A stretch of 24,000 nucleotides of DNA from Candidatus Saccharimonadota bacterium. GTDB lineage: Bacteria; Patescibacteriota; Saccharimonadia; Saccharimonadales; 2-12-FULL-41-12. The stretch lies in assembly GCA_043741255.1 (NCBI GenBank), contig JAYUAP010000146.1, positions 1-24,000 on the forward strand. The letters run 5' to 3'. The notes beneath the pieces were generated by a model, which was given only the letters and a program-made list of their open reading frames with translations, ran no database searches and was not told where the DNA came from. Shown here in pieces: positions 7,497 through 14,142 of the stretch; position 1 is the stretch's first letter; the number at the start of each line of letters is the position of its first letter. The translations under genes and the position numbers were made by a program.

Positions 7497-7808
7497 TTAT
7501 TTAGTTAAATTAATATTATAATTTCCTGATTTTATTTGAGAATCGCAAAAATGGTCTTGTAAAATCGCCATACTCATTGCGGATTTTTCTTTAGCATACA
7601 TTCTTGATGCGTTTGCTTTAGCTTTCTCAGAAACAGGCTCTGCTGCTCTCTTGTAAACTTTAGCTTTTGGCATTTCGGTTACTTCAACAACTTCAACAAT
7701 TGAAGTTTGAAACATTTTAACTTTACCTTTTGGATCCTCTGTAATTGTGAACGCTCCTTTTTCTCCTGTTACTTTGTAAGTGATTCCTTTTTCGATAATT
7801 GCTTCCAT
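7497..7808 (-). CDS. hypothetical protein (103 aa)
   Basis: ATG-initiated ORF on the operon strand, preceded by TATATTTG (7844-7851). No recognisable motif. Confidence 0.65.
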   Translation of the reverse strand: MEAIIEKGITYKVTGEKGAFTITEDPKGKVKMFQTSIVEVVEVTEMPKAKVYKRAAEPVSEKAKANASRMYAKEKSAMSMAILQDHFCDSQIKSGNYNINLTK

Positions 7809-7843
7809 AATATTTGTTTTAGTGTTTAGCTTTATTGCTGAGA

Positions 7844-7851
7844 CAAATATA
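7844..7851 (-). promoter_or_regulatory. -7 box TATATTTG upstream of the 103-aa ORF
   Basis: Perfect TAnnTTTG 35 nt upstream of the ATG at 7808. No clear -33 TTTG is present. Confidence 0.35.
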
Positions 7852-7906
7852 CGGCGACTATTTGGATAATGTATTACATTTTAAAACTTTAACATAATTT
7901 TAACAT

Positions 7907-8347
7907 TTATTCTCTACCATTGCTCGGAAGTTCAAAGATAGTTACTTGCCCTACCTTCTCGCCGTCACTGGTCACATCGAGCTTATCGCCGTATTTGCGA
8001 GGCGCCTCTTTGCCTAACCTCCATTTGATTGTATCAAGCAATAGCCTTCTGTGGTGTATCTGGTCTTTTGTAGTAATTGTTACGCCGTTAGGCCCTATTG
8101 TAGTTTCATCACCCATAATAGGCGTTTCGGCTATTCTTATCATCTCGTCGTAGAGCGCTTCGGCGCTGAGTTCTTTCGCGCGCACGTATTTTTCTTCAAA
8201 GCCTTCTTCGGACTTTAGCCAGCTGTAGAACCCAGTACGGGACGGCATATTAGGCTCATCGAGTATATTGCCCAAAGTCTTGCCCGATTCTAAGGCTTTT
8301 ATAACTTTTTTGAAGGCTACGAGCTTCTGGGAGGGTGTATAGGCCAT
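7907..8347 (-). CDS. terS: terminase small subunit
   Basis: 146 aa. An N-terminal HTH-like region is followed by the C-terminal pattern RRLLLDTIKWRLGKEAPRKYGDK, common in small terminases. It is the first gene of the packaging module. Confidence 0.7.
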   Translation of the reverse strand: MAYTPSQKLVAFKKVIKALESGKTLGNILDEPNMPSRTGFYSWLKSEEGFEEKYVRAKELSAEALYDEMIRIAETPIMGDETTIGPNGVTITTKDQIHHRRLLLDTIKWRLGKEAPRKYGDKLDVTSDGEKVGQVTIFELPSNGRE

Positions 8348-8370
8348 TTCTGTTATTATTCTGTTCGAGA

Positions 8371-8399
8371 CAAAGATAATTAATTTTTATGTAAACAAA
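8371..8399 (-). promoter_or_regulatory. candidate promoter of terS (-7 TATCTTTG, -33 TTTG, 17-nt spacer)
   Basis: The minus strand reads cTTTGtttacataaaaattaatTATCTTTG, followed by 23 nt and then the ATG at 8347. The -33 box overlaps the first GTAAACAA iteron. Confidence 0.45.
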
Positions 8400-8740
8400 G
8401 ATAAACAATGATCGTTTACTCGTTAAGCCTTATATCCGTTGAGGTCAGATAGAAGTAAACAAAGTAAACAAAAAAGTCTCAGGATATATATAATACGTGT
8501 GTACGCATATTATATATACGTGTATGTACGCATTATCTTATATATTATTTTATTACTATATTTAATTAGTATTATTGTTTACATTGTTTACATCCTTGTT
8601 CCCGCCAATGGCTGCACGGGGTTCAAGCGTAAACAACCATTGTTTATTATTGTTTACCATTGTTTACTTTTCGGTTTTAAGCACAAAAAAGCGCCTTTTT
8701 CGAGGCGCTTCGCGTAAACAATGATTTTAGTATTGTTTAC
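8391..8740. repeat. noncoding boundary element R1: GTAAACA/TGTTTAC iteron array around an AT-rich core; homolog of 22968-23277
   Basis: Exact 7-mers start at 8391, 8455, 8464, 8629 and 8714 (GTAAACA) and lie within the TTGTTTAC copies starting at 8575, 8584, 8650, 8660 and 8733 (TGTTTAC). Degenerate copies start at 8401, 8413 and 8640. The core 8481-8574 is about 80% A+T. Four blocks are shared with R2 in the same order and spacing. Confidence 0.85.
8684..8710 (-). terminator. intrinsic terminator after the 138-aa ORF (end of the early/replication module)
   Basis: Stem AAGCGCC 8689-8695 pairs with GGCGCTT 8704-8710 around an 8-nt loop, with a U run on the minus strand (A run 8685-8690). Confidence 0.7.
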
Positions 8741-8742
8741 AT

Positions 8743-9159
8743 TCAATAAAGTGTTTTTAAACAGTTAATATTTATAAATTCGAGTCCTAAACGCTCGGAT
8801 TCCTTCTTTATGGCGTTAAGAGTGCTGCCGTGGCGTTTTTGCGACGTAAAAACAATATTTTCGTATTTACCTGCGTATTTCTCGATCTCTTTGGCTATGC
8901 TCTCGCGATCAGCGCAATTAACCTCAACGGCTTTGGGTATTTTAGCTAATAATCCAGCTTTTCCCGAGTCTTGGGCGCCTGTCAGGTATATAAGGCCTTT
9001 TGGCTTTGGTTCAAATTTAGCATATCCGTTTTTAGGATCCCAAAGCAACGTTCCGTCGTCAATCGCCCAGATTTGTGTATGTCTCGGCTGCATAAGCTTT
9101 GTGTCTTTCGGCAGTAGATCGCCAAAATGGCCCCTTAATTCCCATTCGTCGGGACTCAT
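8743..9159 (-). CDS. hypothetical protein (138 aa)
   Basis: ATG start overlapping the upstream stop (ATGA). It contains GAQDSGKA, which resembles a P-loop but is not canonical. Function unknown. Confidence 0.7.
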   Translation of the reverse strand: MSPDEWELRGHFGDLLPKDTKLMQPRHTQIWAIDDGTLLWDPKNGYAKFEPKPKGLIYLTGAQDSGKAGLLAKIPKAVEVNCADRESIAKEIEKYAGKYENIVFTSQKRHGSTLNAIKKESERLGLEFININCLKTLY

Positions 9160-9353
9160 ACCTGATGAATTATCAATTGCTCTACTGGACCATATATTCC
9201 GAAAGAGCCGTCCTCGAACTTAAGGTAGGTGCCACAGTCTTGCACGGGCTTAAAAAGTACGGCCTCTAAATTATGGTCAAAGCCTTTATATTCAGCGATA
9301 TCATTTCTACCTAAACTATAATTTTTCCCTATTTCTAAATCTTCTAATCTCAT
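9156..9353 (-). CDS. hypothetical protein (65 aa)
   Basis: ATGA overlaps at both ends tie it into the gene chain. Confidence 0.6.
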   Translation of the reverse strand: MRLEDLEIGKNYSLGRNDIAEYKGFDHNLEAVLFKPVQDCGTYLKFEDGSFGIYGPVEQLIIHQV

Positions 9354-9541
9354 CTGCTATTAAAATTAAATTGATAATTGTGTTTTTTACATATTCGTAT
9401 TCTCGATCTTTTAGGCTTCTCAGTCCTTTTAGTGAGAATAAACGCCGCTACTATTTCTAGCGCCTCTGCGCCATTCCCTGCATCAAATCGATAGTTTTTA
9501 AACTGGATGCCTGTTCTTGGATTATGCGGTATGTACACCAT
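9350..9541 (-). CDS. hypothetical protein (63 aa)
   Basis: ATG start 3 nt after the stop of the upstream ORF. The C-terminus is basic. Confidence 0.55.
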   Translation of the reverse strand: MVYIPHNPRTGIQFKNYRFDAGNGAEALEIVAAFILTKRTEKPKRSRIRICKKHNYQFNFNSR

Positions 9542-9544
9542 AAC

Positions 9545-9889
9545 TTAATTGTTTTTAAATTTGAAACTGCCCTTAGGTGTGGCACCTACTTTTGCTTCGA
9601 GCCTCAGGATCTCAGCCGTCAGGGATTCATTTTGATTAATAAGTTCGGCATTTAGCCCTTCCGTTTGATCTAAAAGGGTGCCATATTCAACTTTAGAGAT
9701 CTGTAAGGCTTCCTGCGCAGCGGCTAAATTTATTCTAAGGCTATTGTTCTCCCTGAGCATGTGATCAAGGACTGCATAAACGCCTACGCCTGCTTTTAGT
9801 GAATTGACAGCAGCTTTGAAGTCCGCATCTTGTTCGTATCGGCGTTCCCCGTTTTGGAAATTCTCTAATATTTCGTCTAGTGTTTTCAT
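9545..9889 (-). CDS. hypothetical coiled-coil protein (114 aa)
   Basis: ATG-initiated ORF with a heptad-like sequence rich in Leu, Glu and Ala. No enzymatic motif. Confidence 0.65.
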   Translation of the reverse strand: MKTLDEILENFQNGERRYEQDADFKAAVNSLKAGVGVYAVLDHMLRENNSLRINLAAAQEALQISKVEYGTLLDQTEGLNAELINQNESLTAEILRLEAKVGATPKGSFKFKNN

Positions 9890-9892
9890 AAT

Positions 9893-10009
9893 CTACCATC
9901 TAGTTTCTTTTGGTGCAATATTGCGTTGATCTCCGTAAAGATCTTTCGAGATCTCGTCAATGTTTAGAGCCAGTGTAATTATAAAGGCCAGTAGGGGGAT
10001 TAGTATCAC
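9893..10009 (-). CDS. possible small membrane protein (38 aa)
   Basis: The GTG start overlaps the upstream TGA (GTGA). Sequence: MILIPLLAFIITLALNIDEISKDLYGDQRNIAPKETRW, with a hydrophobic N-terminal helix. The ORF fills an otherwise empty 116-bp gap. Confidence 0.4.
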   Translation of the reverse strand: MILIPLLAFIITLALNIDEISKDLYGDQRNIAPKETRW

Positions 10010-10194
10010 GTTTTTACTTTTTTTATAGAGTTTTTAAATGTTGTTTGCTCGTTTGATGGAAGTCTATTAAACCAATCTACCCAAAATTGTTTAAGCGATT
10101 CGGGAATTAGTTTGAATTTAATATCCGTTATTTTTGACATTATGTAGGCTCTGTGTATCGTAGATACTTTGGCGGTTTTTAGTAGTGCTATCAT
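10006..10194 (-). CDS. hypothetical protein (62 aa)
   Basis: ATG-initiated ORF on the operon strand. Confidence 0.55.
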   Translation of the reverse strand: MIALLKTAKVSTIHRAYIMSKITDIKFKLIPESLKQFWVDWFNRLPSNEQTTFKNSIKKVKT

Positions 10195-10208
10195 GGCTAT
10201 TTAGGGTT

Positions 10209-10547
10209 TTATAATTTTCTTAAGAAGTTGAGCATCTCAGGGAAGTTCTCCGGATCTAATTCTCTAATTCTGTTTGCCCCGAAGGTGTTAATTTTTGCTT
10301 TGATTTCTGCTCGATGGTTCTGCGCTTTATGACTTACGAGTTCTCTCATTTCGGAGAGCGCGTCGTTGAATTCTAATTTTTTACAAGGTTCAGACTCAAC
10401 TCTTTTACAAGGTTCAGACTCAACTTTTTTAAATTCTTTTCGGCGTTTAGCCTTTACAATAAAATCGTACATAATAGGCAATATGATTGTTAAGAATATA
10501 CCTAAAACCACGCCGATTGCGCCATTAATTAATTGCTCCGAGTTCAT
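10209..10547 (-). CDS. hypothetical membrane-anchored protein (112 aa) with an internal 8-aa duplication
   Basis: N-terminal TM helix (GAIGVVLGIFLTIILPIMY) followed by the duplicated motif VESEPCK(R/K). Confidence 0.65.
   Translation of the reverse strand: MNSEQLINGAIGVVLGIFLTIILPIMYDFIVKAKRRKEFKKVESEPCKRVESEPCKKLEFNDALSEMRELVSHKAQNHRAEIKAKINTFGANRIRELDPENFPEMLNFLRKL
10381..10428. repeat. 24-bp tandem duplication (23/24 identical) inside the 112-aa ORF
   Basis: TTTACAAGGTTCAGACTCAACTCT at 10381-10404 and TTTACAAGGTTCAGACTCAACTTT at 10405-10428. Confidence 0.9.
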
Positions 10548-10570
10548 AATATTTTAGATTAAAGTTAGTT

Positions 10571-10593
10571 AAAAAATGCTCGTCTTTCCGAGC
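10571..10593 (-). terminator. candidate intrinsic terminator
   Basis: The minus strand reads GCUCG GAAAGA CGAGC A UUUUUU. The stem pairs 10578-10582 with 10589-10593. The stem is short (5 bp). Confidence 0.45.
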
Positions 10594-10757
10594 TGCCAGT
10601 CTTACCTTAATTGATCCGAATGAAAATACTCCCAAAAACAGGCCCTCGAAAAGCCGAATATAGCATTAAGGATAGCAACCTTACCGACAAGTAAAGAGTG
10701 TCTATTGCTTTCGAGGTTATGATAATCGGGCTTTTGCACCAGCCCGATCAAAAGGTT

Positions 10758-10979
10758 TTAAATTAGTCCTTTTCTTTTAACGATTAGGGCCAAATGGAAT
10801 AGCGTATTGGCCCTATATTCCTTTTTCATTTTATTTATTCTCTTCTCGATAGTACTTAAACTATTTGGCACAATTCCCATTTTCACAAAATGGTCGCTGA
10901 TTTCACTTTGGGTCAGTCCTGCAGATAGAGATTGGAGGATTAAATTATCGACTTCTGGGTTCTGTTCTTTTGTATTCAT
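10758..10979 (-). CDS. LuxR/GerE-type helix-turn-helix transcription regulator (73 aa)
   Basis: The pattern LTQSEISDHFVKMGIVPNSLSTIEKRINKMKKEY...LALIVKRKGLI matches the GerE HTH layout. The gene has its own consensus promoter. Confidence 0.6.
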   Translation of the reverse strand: MNTKEQNPEVDNLILQSLSAGLTQSEISDHFVKMGIVPNSLSTIEKRINKMKKEYRANTLFHLALIVKRKGLI

Positions 10980-10994
10980 GATTTTTAGACTTTA

Positions 10995-11020
10995 AGATAT
11001 CAACGTCATTGTTGATATCT
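10995..11020. promoter_or_regulatory. perfect 10-bp inverted repeat (operator or 5' UTR hairpin)
   Basis: AGATATCAAC at 10995-11004, a 6-bp spacer, then GTTGATATCT at 11011-11020. It lies between the -7 box (11026-11033) and the ATG at 10979. Confidence 0.6.
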
Positions 11021-11025
11021 GAGTA

Positions 11026-11088
11026 CAAATATACAACCTTTTTCGAACTGTGCAAATTATTTTACTTAAAAAATGCAAATTATTTTAC
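11026..11088 (-). promoter_or_regulatory. Bacteroidota-type promoter with tandem GTAAAATAATTTGCA boxes
   Basis: On the minus strand GTAAAATAATTTGCA occurs twice (plus-strand 11074-11088 and 11051-11065). The -33 TTTG lies at 11053-11056, followed by a 19-nt spacer and TATATTTG at 11026-11033. The distal box overlaps the SNF2 stop codon. Confidence 0.65.
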
Positions 11089-12465
11089 TTTTTTAATCGA
11101 AAGCCCGTATTTCTTGATCTTAGCCTTAACCGCGGCCATTAAAACCTCTTGCGTATTTGCTTTACGTCCTAAAACCTCTTGCACCGTTTCGTCCTCTGTG
11201 CCTTGAGCGATTAAATGCCCTATGACTACTGGGTATTTACGCCCTTGACGGTGCAACCTCTTATTAAACTGTTGGTATAGCTCTAAAGACCAATTAAGGC
11301 TGAACCACAAGGCGCAGGTGTGCCCCTCTTGTAAATTAAGTCCGTGTGAGGCACTGGCGGGGTGTGCGAGCATAACTTGTATTTTGCCTGCATTCCAATC
11401 GCGTATATGCTGCTGAGTTTCGAGCTTCACGGGCTTATATTTCTTAAGTCTTATAAGTAGTCGCTCTAGCTCATGCTTATAGCTGTAGGCGATAAAAATA
11501 GGCTTGCCGTTAGCCGATTCGATAAACTCCTCTGCGGCATCGAGCTTACAATCGTGTATCCTGTGAACCTCTCTGTTTTCATCGTAGACCGCCCCGCCCG
11601 CAAACTGTAAGAGCTTATTGGATAGAGCCGCCGCATTCATCGCTGTTATTTCCGTATCGCCACTAAACATTTCGAGCACCTTTTCGCGTTCGAATGCCTT
11701 GTATCGTTTCTTAATATCGGGAGGCAATACGACATTTATAAAAGTGTCTATGCGCTCTGGAAGCTCCAAATAGTCCTCGGACTTAAGTGACATACATATA
11801 TCTTTTAGCTGTCCATGAATCCTGTCCTCGGACTCCTTAAGGATCTCGTAGCCGTAGCCATTATAACCTCTGCGGAAATAGTTATCTCGAAAAAAAGTAA
11901 TCGTCTTGCCGAGTCTCAGCCCCCTGTCTAAGAGAAAGATTTGGGGCCATAAGTCGATTAGCCCATTTGGCGCAGGCGTGCCTGTTAAAAGAACAACTCT
12001 GTGAAAGCAAGCCTGTACGCCTTTAAGTGCTTTGAACCTTACTGATGCGTGGTTCTTAAACGAACTGCTCTCATCTATCACAAGCATCTCGAATGGCAAT
12101 TTCCCGCCGCCAAATTGACCCACAAGCCAAGCGATATTATCTCGACTTATGATGTGTAGGCAGGCTTTTTCTTTTAACGCCGTTTTTCGTTGCTTCTCAT
12201 TACCTATTACCTTCGAGATTGTTAAGTTCTTAAGGTGTGACCATTTATCGATCTCATCCGACCAAACAACCTCCGCCACCCTTTTAGGCGCGATTATGAG
12301 CACAGAACTGATTTCGAAGTCCTCGAACATTAAACGGTTAATTGCTGTAAGTGTTGAGGTTGTCTTGCCCGTGCCCATTTCTGCAAATACGCCCGCAAAC
12401 ATATTGGCTATTATGAACTCAACTGTGTTTCGTTGATAATTGTGTAGGTTTGATTCGTTTAGCAT
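11080..12465 (-). CDS. SNF2-family DEAD/DEAH-box helicase
   Basis: Motif I AEMGTGKT, motif II VIDESSSFKN, motif III LLTGTP, and C-terminal helicase motifs (HPASASHGLNLQ, NKRLHRQGRK). Confidence 0.85.
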   Translation of the reverse strand: MLNESNLHNYQRNTVEFIIANMFAGVFAEMGTGKTTSTLTAINRLMFEDFEISSVLIIAPKRVAEVVWSDEIDKWSHLKNLTISKVIGNEKQRKTALKEKACLHIISRDNIAWLVGQFGGGKLPFEMLVIDESSSFKNHASVRFKALKGVQACFHRVVLLTGTPAPNGLIDLWPQIFLLDRGLRLGKTITFFRDNYFRRGYNGYGYEILKESEDRIHGQLKDICMSLKSEDYLELPERIDTFINVVLPPDIKKRYKAFEREKVLEMFSGDTEITAMNAAALSNKLLQFAGGAVYDENREVHRIHDCKLDAAEEFIESANGKPIFIAYSYKHELERLLIRLKKYKPVKLETQQHIRDWNAGKIQVMLAHPASASHGLNLQEGHTCALWFSLNWSLELYQQFNKRLHRQGRKYPVVIGHLIAQGTEDETVQEVLGRKANTQEVLMAAVKAKIKKYGLSIKKVK

Positions 12466-12468
12466 AAT

Positions 12469-13677
12469 TTAAAATAGATCTAAGTTGTTAACAGGTAAGT
12501 GTTTGAAAAACTCGCAAACAGCATCTACCGTCCAGCCGTTGCCGAGCATTTTATAGCGTTGTGAGTTCGATACGCCGAGAGTGTAATTATCAGGTAAGGT
12601 TTGCAATCGTTCGCACTCTATGGGCGTGAGTTTACGGATGTAACCCTCAATTAAAATGCCGTGTTTATCTTGCGCCGTCAAGGTGTAGAACTTACGCCCG
12701 TCGTTGAACCTCTGCCCGTTTTGCCGTTTGTCTACTCGATCGGGCGTTATGCAGCCGAATAAATATAAGCCGCGACTGGCCCGAGCTATTCCGCCTCTTT
12801 GTGCTGTGAGGGCCACCGCCTTATCGTGGATATAATAGACTCTATTACCCTGCGAATTACTTTTAAAGTGCCCGACTTTACCCCGTTCGACTTCTTTTTC
12901 CAAAATCTGTAACGTCTTATCGAATGGTACTATATATTGTTCTAAATCCTGGAAAATCTTCTGTCCTTCGCCTTTATTGGTCGTTAGGCAGTTGCATTTA
13001 TCTTTATGCACATTCTGCACTAACCCATTCATGCCTTTACCGCTCGGATTAATATTAAATTGGTGAGCCATTTGCCCTTGCTGTTTTTTAAAGTACTCCC
13101 TCTCTGTCGTTCGACCAATATTTGAAATTATGCAACGGCTTTTATCTCGGTCAACTAAACAGTACTCGTGCACAATATTTTTAAGTAGAATTCCTTTATC
13201 CTCTGGCGGCGCATAACCTGTAATATTTGTCCAGTATAACCGTTTGCGATTTTGGGCCGATACTAGCGATGAATTTAGTTCTATCGGCTCAACGCCTAAA
13301 TAGCTACTAATTACATCCTGATACTCTTTTTTCATCTTAACATTTTCCAAGAAGAAGAACTTCGGCTTGCAATCTTTTAATAATCGCACAAACTCGAAAA
13401 AAAGTTTAGAACGGGGGTCTTCGAAATTCAATTGCTTGCCTGCAAAACTGAAACCCTGACAAGGTGACCCGCCTATTAGTAAATCGATCGATTCTAAATC
13501 TTCGGCTTTTACTTTCGTAACGTCGCCAATCGGGATTGTATCAGGGTAATTGTTGAGAGCCACTTGTATTGCGTATTTATCAATCTCTGCGGCGTAATAG
13601 TTATTAATCTCAAAGCCGCATCGCTCTAAGGCGAATCGACCGCAAGACATTCCGTCGAATAGGCTTAAAACATTCAT
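12469..13677 (-). CDS. DNA (cytosine-5)-methyltransferase
   Basis: Motif I LSLFDGMSCG, motif IV GGSPCQGFSFAG, motif VI FLENVK, motif VIII QNRKR, and C-terminal YKMLGNGWTV. No adjacent restriction endonuclease gene. Confidence 0.9.
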   Translation of the reverse strand: MNVLSLFDGMSCGRFALERCGFEINNYYAAEIDKYAIQVALNNYPDTIPIGDVTKVKAEDLESIDLLIGGSPCQGFSFAGKQLNFEDPRSKLFFEFVRLLKDCKPKFFFLENVKMKKEYQDVISSYLGVEPIELNSSLVSAQNRKRLYWTNITGYAPPEDKGILLKNIVHEYCLVDRDKSRCIISNIGRTTEREYFKKQQGQMAHQFNINPSGKGMNGLVQNVHKDKCNCLTTNKGEGQKIFQDLEQYIVPFDKTLQILEKEVERGKVGHFKSNSQGNRVYYIHDKAVALTAQRGGIARASRGLYLFGCITPDRVDKRQNGQRFNDGRKFYTLTAQDKHGILIEGYIRKLTPIECERLQTLPDNYTLGVSNSQRYKMLGNGWTVDAVCEFFKHLPVNNLDLF

Positions 13678-13956
13678 CTATTTATAAGTATTAATTATTC
13701 GGAGTAAGTCGTCTAGAGTGTCGATCACGTAGACAGTAAAGCCTAATTTTATGAGCTTGTCGTGTACTATTTTTTGTACGGGTGTCGGCTTTTTGCCTGT
13801 ACTTTTTAATTCTGCAAAGAATATAACTCCTTCGGGGAGTAGCACCATGCGGTCGGGAAGCCCTGAGACATAAACGCAGGGGAGCTTTAATGACCATCCC
13901 CCTAGTTTAGCCACTTCGCTGTTAAGCGTTTTCTCTATTAGTTTTTCAGAATCCAC
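13678..13956 (-). CDS. VRR-NUC domain nuclease
   Basis: GLPDRMVLLPEGVIFFAELKSTGKKPTPVQ (a D...ExK nuclease core). 92 aa. The GTG start overlaps the upstream ORF by 11 nt. Confidence 0.75.
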   Translation of the reverse strand: MDSEKLIEKTLNSEVAKLGGWSLKLPCVYVSGLPDRMVLLPEGVIFFAELKSTGKKPTPVQKIVHDKLIKLGFTVYVIDTLDDLLRIINTYK

Positions 13957-14137
13957 CTAAGTCAAGATGAGTACTCTCTTTCTTTTCGAGCATGTAAGCG
14001 TCGTAGCACTCTGCACTACAAAACGGGGGCTCTACGGGCAGCCCCTGGCAACCGCAATCATAGGCACCGCAGCATAATTCAATTTCTATTTCCTCTTTGC
14101 AATTTGGGCCCCAGCAATAGCCTTTTTCTAATCCCAT
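13946..14137 (-). CDS. Cys-rich small protein (63 aa), probable zinc-binding, FCS/TRASH-like C-terminus
   Basis: 8 Cys residues: CWGPNC...CCGAYDCGC...FCSAEC. Confidence 0.6.
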   Translation of the reverse strand: MGLEKGYCWGPNCKEEIEIELCCGAYDCGCQGLPVEPPFCSAECYDAYMLEKKESTHLDLGGF

Positions 14138-14142
14138 AATTT

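Noticed and set aside
8439-8717. 92-aa plus-strand ORF inside R1
   Set aside because: It has a TTG start and a Tyr/Ile/Leu low-complexity translation of the AT-rich repeats. It runs through the iterons, the GC hairpin and the terminator. It is best explained as an artefact of noncoding DNA.
8391-8740. CRISPR-array interpretation of the GTAAACA repeats in R1 and R2
   Set aside because: The repeats are only 7-8 bp, occur in both orientations and have irregular spacing of 1-60 bp. No cas genes are present. This is not CRISPR architecture.
8810-9223. Long plus-strand shadow ORFs antisense to well-supported genes (for example 8810-9223, 21230-21556, 12149-12436, 2414-2665, 7920-8153)
   Set aside because: Each lies fully inside a minus-strand gene that has clear family motifs or operon coupling. 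They have Ser/Leu-rich compositions typical of antisense frames and no promoter boxes.
13691-13897. Alternative-frame minus-strand ORFs nested in the VRR-NUC gene (13691-13897) and the primase gene (16432-16641)
   Set aside because: They overlap genes with recognisable motifs in another frame and have Arg-rich, improbable compositions.
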